NCBI RefSeq assembly: GCF_900289195.1
Contig: NZ_OMOH01000012.1
Span: 39,260-71,259, forward strand
Length of the DNA stretch: 32,000 nucleotides
Direction of reading: 5' to 3'
Source of the DNA: Propionibacterium ruminifibrarum
GTDB lineage: Bacteria; Actinomycetota; Actinomycetes; Propionibacteriales; Propionibacteriaceae
In this document: positions 19,042 to 30,168 of the stretch, in pieces
Layout of the letters: each line of letters starts with the position of its first letter
How positions within the stretch are numbered: position 1 is the stretch's first letter
Notes under the pieces: model-generated
What the model saw: the letters and a program-made list of their open reading frames with translations, nothing else
Told to the model about the DNA's origin: nothing
Databases searched by the model: none
Position numbers and translations under genes: made by a program

Positions 19042-19067
19042 TGACTGATAAGGCCCCTTATCGGTCA
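19042..19067. promoter_or_regulatory. Near-perfect 12-2-12 palindrome in the promoter region of the R-M operon (candidate operator)
   Basis: TGACTGATAAGG cc CCTTATCGGTCA has 11 of 12 complementary positions. It lies 69-94 nt upstream of the ATG at 19136, in a locally AT-richer divergent intergenic region. A TTGACA is present at 19023-19028. Confidence 0.4.
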
Positions 19068-19135
19068 TTCAATGAAAAAGTGAAACAGTGCGATCTAGGC
19101 TTGGGGCACCGCGAACACAGGAGCACGGAGGCACG

Positions 19136-21066
19136 ATGAACGGTCTTTCCCTCGGTGACGTGGCCCGGCTGGCGCGCGTCCGGCGTCCGGTCGTGTCGAT
19201 GTGGCTCAAACGGCACAAGGACGGCCTGCCCTTCCCCGAGCAGGACGCCGAAGGCCGTGTCGACGCCGACGAGCTCGTCGACTGGCTCGAGGCCACCGGT
19301 CGGGGCAACAACCCCGATGCCCGCGCCGAGGTGGCACTTCACAAGACGCTCACCCCGGGGGTCCCGGTCGAAGAACTCGAGGCGGTCCTCACCCTGCTTG
19401 CCGCCCGGGCCGTCACCGGTGTCGACGTTGTCGGCCTCGACCGTGACGACCTGCTCGACCGCGTGGAGGAACTCGACCCCGATGACGAGTGGCTGCTCGA
19501 CGAGACCGAACGGTGCTGGACGCCCGAACTCGCCGCCCGGGCCGATGCCGTCGCCGACGCCGCATGGAATGACGCCGCGGCCTACGAACTGCTCCACGGG
19601 CACCATCTCGCTCGTGGGGAGGCGACACGGCTCGCCGAACCCCTGGTGCGGCTGCTCGCCTCCACCGCACAGTCCATGCTGGACGACACGGGCCTGCTCG
19701 TCGATGTGCGGGGCAGCTGCTGCGATGTCGTCGTCGCGCTCGCAGCGGACGAGGAGCACGAGATGCCCGGGCTGCTGCTCGTCGCCGGCGACCTCGACGG
19801 GCTGCGCCCGATGCGCAGGCGGCTCGCGGTGCACGGGCTGAGCCCCCTGGTGGCCCGGCTCGACGAGGACTGGGCGCCACCGGCCGGTTCGGTCGTCCTG
19901 GTTCGGCTGTCCGATGCCTCGCCGGACGGACTCGACCTGCTCGACCGGGTCTCGCTGCAGTTGGGCGAGCAGGTGAGCCTGCTCGCCGTCGGCCCCTCGT
20001 CCCTGCTGGTCGACCCGCTCAGTGACACGACGGCTACGAGGCGCGACGAGTTGCTGCGCTCGGGCGTGGTCCGCGCCGTCGTCCAGCTCCCGGCGGGCGT
20101 GCTGCGGGGCGGCAGGGGCCGAACGGCCCTGTGGCTGTTGCGGGGAGGATCGGGGCAGGGGCCTCGTGGCGTCGTGCGGGTCGGCGATCTGTCCGGGCGT
20201 CGGTTCGACGCGGCTGTCCAGCAGGGGCTGCTCGATGACCTGCTCGCCAGCGCCGAGGCCTCCGGCTCGCATGTGTTCTCGGTGCTGCGTCCCGTGGCCA
20301 GGGCGCACCTGGTAGCCGGCCGGGGCCCTCTCGTGACGCCGGAGCGCGTCACCGTCCCGGTCATCGGGGCCACGCCGAGGCAGGACGCCGCACGCATGCA
20401 GCAGCTCTACGACTCGCTCGCCCAGGTGTTGCCGCCCTTCGGGAAGGGTTTCGATGTGGCCGTCGCGGACGACGACGTGCTGAGGGTCGAACGCATCTCA
20501 CTCGGCGCCGCTCTCGTGCGCCGCGGGGGAGAGACGTTGCTGAGGCTGCGCAAGGGGCGTCGTCTTCCCGAACTGGCGTCCGGCGAGTTGAGGCGGTGGA
20601 GGGCCGAGGACGTCGCGGCCGGTGCGCCCTCGCGGGTCGACAGGCTGGCGCTGACCGGGGCCGTGCCCGACCACGAGCTGACCGAGCCGGGCGACGTCGT
20701 CTTCACCGTGAGTCCGCGGCCCGCCGCCGTCGTCGACCGCAGCGGCGGTGCCGTGGTCGCCTATCCGGCGCGGGTCCTGAGGGTGACCGATCCGCAGCGG
20801 AGGCTGTCGGCGTCGGCCATCGCCGCGGTGATCAACGCCCGGGGTTCGGGGGACAGGGCCTGGCGCGGCTGGCTCGTACCGGTACGGGCCGTCGGTGCCG
20901 GGGACCCGGAGGAGTTCCTGACACACTTGGAGGGCTGGCGGGCCCTGCTGGAGCAGTGGAAGGCCCAGATCGACGAGCTGGGGGCCATGGTGATCGACTC
21001 GGCGCTGTCCGGGGCGGTCACCATCGGGGCGCGCGATGACGACAGGAACAACGAGGAAGGCCGCTG

Positions 21067-21067
<1 letters not shown>
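19136..21067 (+). CDS. HTH-domain protein with a degenerate N6-adenine-methyltransferase-like core and a TRD-like C-terminus (643 aa); first gene of the type I R-M operon
   Basis: ATG 19136 follows a GGAG RBS. The N-terminus LSLGDVARLARVRRPVVSMWLKR is MerR/excisionase-type HTH. The middle region parallels the adjacent HsdM segment by segment, but motif I is DVRGSCCD (versus DPCCGSGG) and motif IV is VRLSDAS (versus ANPPFNIS). The C-terminus parallels an HsdS target-recognition domain plus helix. Its stop overlaps the hsdM ATG (TGATG). Confidence 0.55.
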
Positions 21068-22736
<1,669 letters not shown>

Positions 22737-22737
<1 letters not shown>

Positions 22738-23912
22738 TGAGACTTGATCAAATTTGTACCCATATCGTTGACTGTGAGCATAAGAGTGCCCCGATTACTC
22801 CAGGTGGTGGGTTTTTTGCGGTCGGGACGCCGGCTATGCAAGGCAACGTCATTACTTACTCGGAGGCTCGCGAGATATCTGCAGAAACATTTGATCTGTG
22901 GACCCAGCGTCTCAAGCCCGAGAAAGGTGATCTACTTTTTGCTCGGGAAGCTCCAGTTGGTCCCGTTGTGATTATTCCTGCTGCGCTCAATGTTGCGCCA
23001 GGGCAAAGAACGGTTTTACTTCGCCCTGATCCGAGACTGGTTGATTCAAAATTTCTGTATTATAAAATTTCAAGTCCCGGGGTACAGAATAGCATTATGA
23101 ATTTTGCCATGGGGTCCACGGTGGCTCACATGAATGTTGTGGATGTGCGATCACTAGACCTTCAACTCCCATCTCTGGGTGAGCAGCGGGCAATTGCAGA
23201 GGTGCTGGGGGCTCTGGATGACAAGATCGCCGTAAATCGACGGCTTGTTGAGTCGATGGAAAGACTTCTCCGAGCTGAGTATCAAAAAAATATTGCCTCT
23301 AATGATGCTCCGAAGGTGCCATTATCTGATGTGGTGGAACTCAATCCTAGGCGCTTTATAAAAAATGAAGTGGCTCCTCGTATTCCCATGCAGTCACTTC
23401 CCTCTCCTGGTATGACAGTTGATCACATCACCTTCGAGAAGCCTAATGGTGGTGTCCGGTTTATGAATGGTGATACTATCTTGGCTCGCATCACGCCGTG
23501 TCTTGAGAATGGGAAAACGGCGTACATAGCTTGTCTGCAAGAAAATGAGGTGGGTTTTGGTTCAACCGAATACATTATCATGCGATCGCGAAATGGATAT
23601 CCTCTTGTGCTGACCTATTTCATTGCAACTGATGCAAGATTCAGGTCTGCCGTGATTCGACGCATGGTTGGAAGTTCGGGTCGTCAGAGGGTAAAGGCCT
23701 CGGATATTGAAGATCTCCCTGTTTTTCTGAATGGTGATCATGATGCGATGATGATTTTTGGGGAGCAGAGTGAAAAACGGATTATCTTGATGCAGAATCT
23801 GTCGGCGGAGTCCCGCACCCTCGCCTCGCTCCGCGACACGCTCCTGCCGGCCCTCATGAATGGCACCCTGCGCGTCAAGGACGCCGAGAAGCAGGTGGGG
23901 GAGGTGTTGTGA
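22737..23912 (+). CDS. hsdS: Type I restriction-modification system specificity subunit HsdS (two TRDs)
   Basis: Two TRD-plus-conserved-helix units are present (LPSLGEQRAIAEVLGALDDKI..., and C-terminal LASLRDTLLPALMNG). TRD1 starts IVDCEHKSAP. Its ATG overlaps the hsdM stop. The sequence is AT-rich except for the last ~110 nt. Confidence 0.9.
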
Positions 23913-26900
23913 TGATCACCGAGGCGCAACTCGAGGACAGCCTGCTCGACTGGCTCGGCGACCTGGGATGGGAACCCGGCACCGGGGCAGAACTGGAGTC
24001 CCAGCGGGCCACGCTGGGCGACCTTGTGCTGACCGGGGACTTCGTCGAGACGCTGCGGCTGCTCAACCCGTCCGTGCCCGACCAGTACCTGCGAGAGGCG
24101 GCCGCCGACATGGTCAGGGCCCGCTCCCAGGACGCGCCGGCCGAGAACAGGGACTTCCACGTCCTGCTCGTCCACGGCTACCGGGGCCTCACCTACGTGG
24201 ACACCAACGGCCGCGAGCAGATCCCCACCATCCGCCTGCTCGGCGCGCCGGAGCAGAACCGATACCGGGCCGTGCGGCAGGTGCGGCTCCGCCAGGGCGA
24301 CAACAGCCGTCGTCTCGACGTGGTGCTCTACGTCAACGGGCTTCCCCTGGTGGTCGTCGAACTCAAGCAGGCGGGCACGAGGAACGCCACCATCGCCAAG
24401 GCACACGCCCAGCTCGGCGCCTATCTCGCCGAGTTCCCGGCGGCCTTCCGCCCGGTCGTCGCCACCGTCGTGAGCGACGGCATCAACGCCCGCTACGGCA
24501 CGCCGTTCACCCGGCTCAACCACTACAGCCCGTGGAACGTCGACGAGGACGGCGCGCCCAGGCCGGCCGACGGCGAGCAGCTGCTCGAGCTGGAGAACCT
24601 CGCCCACGGGCTGCTGGAACCGGCCCGCCTGCTCGACATGGTCCGCAATTTCACGGCCTTCGACGAGACCGACGAGGGGTTGATCAAGCGCATCGCCAAA
24701 CCCCACCAGTACTTCGCCGTGCGCAAGGCGATCGACAGCACACTGGCGGCGCTGGGAAGCAACGGCAAGGCCGGGGTCGTGTGGCACACGCAGGGCTCGG
24801 GCAAGTCGATGGAGATGGAGCTCTACGCCAATCTCGTCCTCACGCACCCGCGCATGCACAACCCGACGATCGTCGTGATCACCGACCGCAACGAGCTCGA
24901 CGGTCAGCTGTACGACACCTTCGCCCGCTCAACGCTGCTGCCCGATCAGCCCAGGCAGATCAAACGCCGCTCCGAGCTGCGCAGCGAGCTCTCCGGCCGG
25001 GTCAGCGGGGGCATCTACTTCACGACCCTTCAGAAGTTCGGTCGTACCGCCTCCGAGCAGGACGCCGGTCACGCGCACCCGCTGCTCACCGACCGCCGCA
25101 ACGTCATCGTCATCGTCGACGAGGCCCATCGCAGCCACTACGACGACCTCGACGGCTACGCCCGGCACCTGCGCGACGCCCTGCCCAATGCCACACTCAT
25201 CGCGTTCACCGGCACGCCCATCAACGAGACGGACCGCAACACTCGCGAGGTGTTCGGCGACTACGTCGACATCTACGACCTGTCACGGGCCGTCACCGAC
25301 GGCGCCACCGTGCCCGTCTACTTCGAGCCCCGCCTCATCGAGGTGCGGCTCGATGATGACATGAGCGCCGAGAAACTCGATGAACTCGCCGACGAGCAGA
25401 CCTCCGGCCTCGACGACGAGGCGCGCGAGCGGGTCGAGCGCTCCGTGGCCGAACTCAACGCGATCTACGGCGCCCCCGAGCGCATCGACGCCCTGGCACG
25501 CGACATCGTCGAGCAGTGGGAGCGGCGCCGCGGGGCCATGACCGAGTTCTTGGCCCCCACCGGGCCCGACGAGAACCCGGACCCGCACGGCAAGGCCCTC
25601 GTCGTCTGCGCCACCCGCGAGATCTGCGCGCGGCTCTACGCCAGGATCGTCGAACTGCGCCCCGGCTGGCACTGCGACCAGGACGACCGGGGCCTCGTCA
25701 AGGTCGTCTACTCGGGTAGCCCCTCCGACCCCGAGCCGATCCGTGACCATGTGCGCCGCGACTCGCAGAACAAGGCGATCAAGAACCGGCTCCGTGACGT
25801 GGACGACGAACTCGAACTCGTCATCGTCAAGGACATGCTGCTCACCGGTTTCGACGCCCCGCCCCTGCACACCCTCTTCCTCGACCGGCCCCTCAAGGGC
25901 GCCCTGCTCATGCAGACGCTCGCCCGCGTCAACCGCACCTTCCGGGGCAAGCGGGACGGGCTGCTCGTGGCCTACGCGCCGTTGACCGAGAACCTCAACA
26001 AGGCCCTGCGGGAGTACACGGCGACCGACCAGGCGACCCGGCCCGTCGGGCGGGACAGCGACGAGGCCGTCCGAGTCACCGTGGAACTCGTCGAGGCCCT
26101 GCGCGTACTGCTGGCCGGCCACGACTGGCGCACCACGGCGACCAGCGGGGCGAGGGACGCCGGCCTGCGGGCCGTCGGCGAGACCGTCGAGTACCTGCGC
26201 TCCCCGGCCACCCCCGGCAACCAGGCCGAGCAGGAGGGCCAGACGCTCGGCGAACGCTTCCGCGCGCTGTCCGGCCGACTCGCCCGCATGTGGGCGCTGG
26301 CGGGCGGGGCCGAGAAACTCTCCGAGATCGCCACGGAGGTGCGCTTCTACGAGGAGGTGCGCGTGTGGATGGCCAAGCTCGACGCGCGCCAGCGCGAGGC
26401 GAGCGGCCAGCCCGTGCCAGAGGAGATCGTGCGCGTCCTGCGTGGGGCGGTGGCCCAGGCCACCGCTGCCGGCGACATCACCGATCTGTACGAGGCGGCC
26501 GGGCTGCCGAGGCCCTCCCTGCAGGAGCTCGACACTCAGACGCTCGACCAGATGCAGCAGGCCCCCAACCGGCACCTGGCGGTCGAGGCGCTGCGTGATC
26601 TGCTGGTGAAGGAGGCCGAGGCGGTGACGCGGAACAACGTCGTGCGCCGCAAGACCTTCAGCGAACGCATCAGCGAACTCATGATCCGCTACACGAACCA
26701 GCAGATCACCGCGGCCGATGTCATCTACGAGCTCGGCAGGATCGCCGAGGAGGTCAGGGGCGAGGCCGATCGCGGCACGAGCTTCGACCCGCCACTGAGC
26801 CACGACGAACTTGCCTTCTACGACGCGGTGAGCCAGAACGACTCGGCAGTGCTCGCCCAGGGCACCGACGTGCTGGCCCAGATCGCCCGCGAGCTCGTCA

Positions 26901-27094
26901 CGGTCATGCGCCGCGACACCCGCACGGACTGGACGCGGCGTCCGGAGGTGCAGGCGAAACTGAGGGCCAGCGTCAAACGGCTGCTGCGCCGCTACCACTA
27001 CCCGCCGGACAAGCAGAAGGGCGCGGTCGAGCTGGTCATCGAGCAGATGGAGACACTGGCGCCGAATTATGCGAGGGGGGAAGATTTGCTGTGA
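23909..27094 (+). CDS. hsdR: Type I restriction enzyme endonuclease/translocase subunit HsdR
   Basis: The N-terminal nuclease-type domain is followed by SF2 helicase motifs: TQGSGKS (Walker A), DEAHRS (DEAH box), and MLLTGFDAP...QTLARVNR. The protein is 1061 aa. GTG 23909 or ATG 23912 overlaps the hsdS stop. Confidence 0.95.
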   Translation: MMITEAQLEDSLLDWLGDLGWEPGTGAELESQRATLGDLVLTGDFVETLRLLNPSVPDQYLREAAADMVRARSQDAPAENRDFHVLLVHGYRGLTYVDTNGREQIPTIRLLGAPEQNRYRAVRQVRLRQGDNSRRLDVVLYVNGLPLVVVELKQAGTRNATIAKAHAQLGAYLAEFPAAFRPVVATVVSDGINARYGTPFTRLNHYSPWNVDEDGAPRPADGEQLLELENLAHGLLEPARLLDMVRNFTAFDETDEGLIKRIAKPHQYFAVRKAIDSTLAALGSNGKAGVVWHTQGSGKSMEMELYANLVLTHPRMHNPTIVVITDRNELDGQLYDTFARSTLLPDQPRQIKRRSELRSELSGRVSGGIYFTTLQKFGRTASEQDAGHAHPLLTDRRNVIVIVDEAHRSHYDDLDGYARHLRDALPNATLIAFTGTPINETDRNTREVFGDYVDIYDLSRAVTDGATVPVYFEPRLIEVRLDDDMSAEKLDELADEQTSGLDDEARERVERSVAELNAIYGAPERIDALARDIVEQWERRRGAMTEFLAPTGPDENPDPHGKALVVCATREICARLYARIVELRPGWHCDQDDRGLVKVVYSGSPSDPEPIRDHVRRDSQNKAIKNRLRDVDDELELVIVKDMLLTGFDAPPLHTLFLDRPLKGALLMQTLARVNRTFRGKRDGLLVAYAPLTENLNKALREYTATDQATRPVGRDSDEAVRVTVELVEALRVLLAGHDWRTTATSGARDAGLRAVGETVEYLRSPATPGNQAEQEGQTLGERFRALSGRLARMWALAGGAEKLSEIATEVRFYEEVRVWMAKLDARQREASGQPVPEEIVRVLRGAVAQATAAGDITDLYEAAGLPRPSLQELDTQTLDQMQQAPNRHLAVEALRDLLVKEAEAVTRNNVVRRKTFSERISELMIRYTNQQITAADVIYELGRIAEEVRGEADRGTSFDPPLSHDELAFYDAVSQNDSAVLAQGTDVLAQIARELVTVMRRDTRTDWTRRPEVQAKLRASVKRLLRRYHYPPDKQKGAVELVIEQMETLAPNYARGEDLL

Positions 27095-27259
27095 TCATCA
27101 GGAATTACGGAGCTAGAGTCGGTGATTTATACAGGTTCTCGAATGATTCAGCTGTCGCTGCTTCCGATTCAATGTGAAGGTTCGTCTAACTCAGATCCGC
27201 AGTAAATAAAGAGTATATGATGTCATTATTAACTCATTTTGTATGATTGGAGTTCTGCA

Positions 27260-28153
27260 ATGTTGGCGTACCGTAGTTCTTTTCATGTTTCGCAGCCCGT
27301 TGAAGAAGCATGGAGGACTGTCTCTTCGACGATGGTTAACTGGGCTGAGCGTAAACATCGCAAACAGCTAGGTCCAAAGGGTCTCTACGCACTGGAACCT
27401 AATTCTTCAATCGCCCTTAAATCGGGAATCAAGTTTACGATTATTGATTCGATTCAGCAGCCAGGTGATCGAATCTTTGGGTTTCAATCGGTCGAGCCAG
27501 ATGGCGATCACAAATGGACGAGTAAAGTTTTGGTTGCCGGTAATCCAAAACGAGATGATGAATCGGTTGTATCAATAATTATTGACGCGCCTGCAGATAA
27601 GCATGATCCCCTTCGTCCTAAATATGCAGAAGTTCCTAGGTTTGTGCGAAGTATGTTAGATCAGATGGATTGCGATGATTGTGGAATTCATCTGGGGAAT
27701 AAGCCTCGACAGCTAGATGTTGCCCTGATACCCACTCTTATTCGTGAACTGAAGGAAGATGATCATCACGGCTTAGTTCTTGTAGCGGGAACGCCGGCTG
27801 ACTTTCCATTTGAGCCGTGGAAGGAATTCATTGCTGACACGACCAAAAATACTGTAGGTCAAAGTGCAACGTACGTTTTGGATGTTGAAGCTACTAACTA
27901 TTTCAACCAGCACGTGTCGAAATACCACAGGGTAGATCCAGGATCTCTTCGGAGCTTTGTTCCAGGGGCAGACTTTGACGATCCCCTAGACGGAAAACGC
28001 CATAGGTTTATAACAGCTAAAACGCTGGCTGATGATCAGCTGAGAAAAGCAGCATCCAGCATCATTACGCGTCGTTCTCGGGCGTTCACGAACTCGCGAC
28101 CAATTGATAGAAAAACTCGTCGATACAATGAGGCTTATTCACAGCTCCAATGA
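27260..28153 (+). CDS. Hypothetical protein (297 aa), AT-rich orphan gene immediately downstream of hsdR
   Basis: ATG 27260 follows GGAG (27248-27251) with 8-nt spacing. It is a long uninterrupted ORF in AT-rich DNA, where random ORFs are short. I recognise no motif in MLAYRSSFHVSQPVEEAWRT... Confidence 0.6.
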   Translation: MLAYRSSFHVSQPVEEAWRTVSSTMVNWAERKHRKQLGPKGLYALEPNSSIALKSGIKFTIIDSIQQPGDRIFGFQSVEPDGDHKWTSKVLVAGNPKRDDESVVSIIIDAPADKHDPLRPKYAEVPRFVRSMLDQMDCDDCGIHLGNKPRQLDVALIPTLIRELKEDDHHGLVLVAGTPADFPFEPWKEFIADTTKNTVGQSATYVLDVEATNYFNQHVSKYHRVDPGSLRSFVPGADFDDPLDGKRHRFITAKTLADDQLRKAASSIITRRSRAFTNSRPIDRKTRRYNEAYSQLQ

Positions 28154-28288
28154 ATCAATCCATGACTAGGGGTTTCATCACCCTCTGGGTCTCTGTGAAT
28201 AAGCCTCAATGAGATATTCGATCAAAAAATTCGAGGAATTGATTCCCTGGCTCGATCTAGTACCAATGTTGATGGTGCTACTAAAAAA

Positions 28289-29230
28289 ATGGAGCCAGTG
28301 GCAGTGCAAGTCAAAGCAAATGCTGCTCACAAGTTGTCTCCGAAGTCAAATAATAGTGCTAGCGTCAAAGAGCTTACACCGCTCCAAAAAGATCTTGACC
28401 AAGTTCGAATGCAACTCGCCGAAGAACGGCAGAAGAATTAAGAACTGCGATTCAAATTCGAATATGCACGGTTTCTTCTGGAACAGCGCGCGGAAGAGCT
28501 TAACACGTTAGAAGACCGGCTGAAGGTGGTAGTTTCTGAACGAGATGAACACGAACTCAACTATACGGTAGTCTTAGAAGAAAAAGATGATGCGCTTACG
28601 CGCGCAGAAAAATCTGAGGCTCGAGTGTCGTATTTGTTGTCAAGATTACAGCAATCGGAACTGACAGCTGATGATTGGGGCTGGCAGTCTAGTGTTGAAG
28701 AAGTAAAAACCCCATCAAGTTGGACCGAGCTTGTCGAATGGGCTAATTCTGGATATTTAGAAAAGTGTTTGCCGTGGCTTTGTTTTACGTGTGATTGGGA
28801 TCGTGCGTTAGATCTTGATGACCAAAATGAGTGCGCTTGGATAGCTACTACTTGGGATATAATCAGAACTCTCAATGATTATGGGCGCGCCTGTCAAGAC
28901 GAGAAAATATCTGTGACTAGTCTCTATAATTATCTCAAGGAGCCTCCTTCTGGGTATAGATCTGTTCCGCTGAGGCGTTATAAAGCAACCGAATCTGAAT
29001 CTGTTACAAATCGAAAACGCTATCGAATAGAGCGCATCTTCCCGGTTCCGCAAGAAATTGAAGGTCGTGATGAGAATGGCATGATATATATGGATAAACA
29101 CTTTGTTATTGCCAAAGCTGGAATGATATCACCACGTCTATACTGTCATGATGGCACTGGTAATCGTAGGTATGGCAAAGTCGTCATTGGCTATATTGGC
29201 CGCCATTTGACTAATGATCAGACGAATTAA
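28289..29230 (+). pseudogene. Coiled-coil protein gene interrupted by an in-frame TAA (28439-28441); unknown C-terminal globular domain
   Basis: The same frame reads MEPVAVQ...TPLQKDLDQVRMQLAEERQKN * ELRFKFEYARFLLEQRAEELNTLEDRLKVVVSERDEHE..., so heptad-like sequence continues across the stop. Downstream of the stop the only in-frame start is GTG 28526, which has no convincing RBS (track ORF 28526..29230). Confidence 0.5.
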
Positions 29231-29256
29231 ATATGGCCATGATGAAACAAAGAGAT

Positions 29257-30066
29257 TTATTTAGGGTGTAGGTGAATGTGATTCCGAGTATTGCAGTGAT
29301 GGTGTCGGGAGGCGTCTGTGGCGGGTTTTGAGAGTGTGCCAGGTTTTGAGATTGGCATGACCTGTTCGATCTGCCATCTGATTTTGTTGATGGCCCGGTT
29401 GTAGTTCTTGTGGGTTTCTGGTTTGGGTAGTCCGGCTGGTTTCTTGACGGGAGTTATCAGCCCTGTTCCGGCGTATCTTTTGTCTGCGATGTGCCGGATG
29501 AGAGGGCATCGGGGTGGATCATTGCTCGTGAGCTCACTGTTGGGGTGGAGGAGGCCTGATTCGGTGAGGGCCCGGGCGTCGTGGGTGCGGCCGGGTAGCG
29601 GGTCGGACACCCAGGCGAGGTGTCCGGTCAGGGTGCAGGCCACTTGGAGGTTGGCTCCGGTGGTGTGGTGTTTACCGGAGTAGAGTTCGGGCTTGTCGCG
29701 CCATGCCCAGCAGGGTATGAGGGTGCCGTCGATGATCAATTGGGTGTCCGGGTCGAGGCCGTCGGCGGTGGGGACGTTCTGTTCAAGGATGCCGGCGATC
29801 AGGGGTGTCCAGGCGGTCAGGACGCGTGAGACGGTGGGCTGGGAGATGCCGAAGAGTTCTGAGAGGGATTCTTGTTCGAGGTTGTGGCGTAGGCTGGCCA
29901 GGACGAGTCGGATGCTCTGGTAGGGGCCGAGCCTACGTGATCCGGCCGCTGGCAGGGCACCATTGACCGTTGCATGGATTTTCTGGCACAGGTCTTGTAT
30001 CTGAGTGTGGGTCAGTCGTGTGATAGCATGTGGCCTGCGGCCTGTCCCTTGATTGTTTCTTTTCAC
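29257..30066 (-). CDS. IS5-like DDE transposase (DDE_Tnp_4 type), probably frameshifted near its C-terminus
   Basis: It has an HTH (LSELFGISQPTVSRVL), then LIIDGTLIPC, YSGKHHTTGANLQV, IADKRYAG and NRAINKIRWQIEQV. The expected continuation (I)ANLKTWHTLKT... is found in another frame (track ORF 29261..29509), implying a 1-nt indel near 29355-29362. Confidence 0.7.
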   Translation of the reverse strand: MKRNNQGTGRRPHAITRLTHTQIQDLCQKIHATVNGALPAAGSRRLGPYQSIRLVLASLRHNLEQESLSELFGISQPTVSRVLTAWTPLIAGILEQNVPTADGLDPDTQLIIDGTLIPCWAWRDKPELYSGKHHTTGANLQVACTLTGHLAWVSDPLPGRTHDARALTESGLLHPNSELTSNDPPRCPLIRHIADKRYAGTGLITPVKKPAGLPKPETHKNYNRAINKIRWQIEQVMPISKPGTLSKPATDASRHHHCNTRNHIHLHPK

Positions 30067-30153
30067 ACATTAATCATCTCGGGACAGGCCGTCCCTTCGT
30101 CTTCAATGACACGCCTCATACGAGATCATCCAAAACCACTCGAACAAACCCTA
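29262..30153 (-). mobile_element. Small IS5-like insertion sequence (~0.9 kb, DDE_Tnp_4/HARBI1-type transposase)
   Basis: It is GC-richer than the surrounding AT-rich DNA. Its ends are TAGGGTGTAGG... (29262) and ...ACCCTA (30148-30153), imperfect inverted repeats sharing the terminal TAGGGT. It sits between two convergent genes. Boundaries are approximate. Confidence 0.55.
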
Positions 30154-30168
30154 TGAATGAGCCTCACT

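Noticed and set aside
28209-28511. 100-aa ORF between the two AT-rich cargo genes
   Set aside because: Its product is Cys/Lys/Ser-rich and irregular. The overlapping frame (codon starts at 28289, 28292 ...) gives clean coiled-coil sequence continuous with the downstream ORF, so that frame is preferred.
27260-29230. Idea that the 297-aa ORF and the coiled-coil ORF were once one gene (they share the same reading frame)
   Set aside because: Three stop codons (28151, 28160 and 28196) fall within the first ~50 nt after the first ORF ends, and there is no sequence continuity. A shared frame is most likely coincidental.
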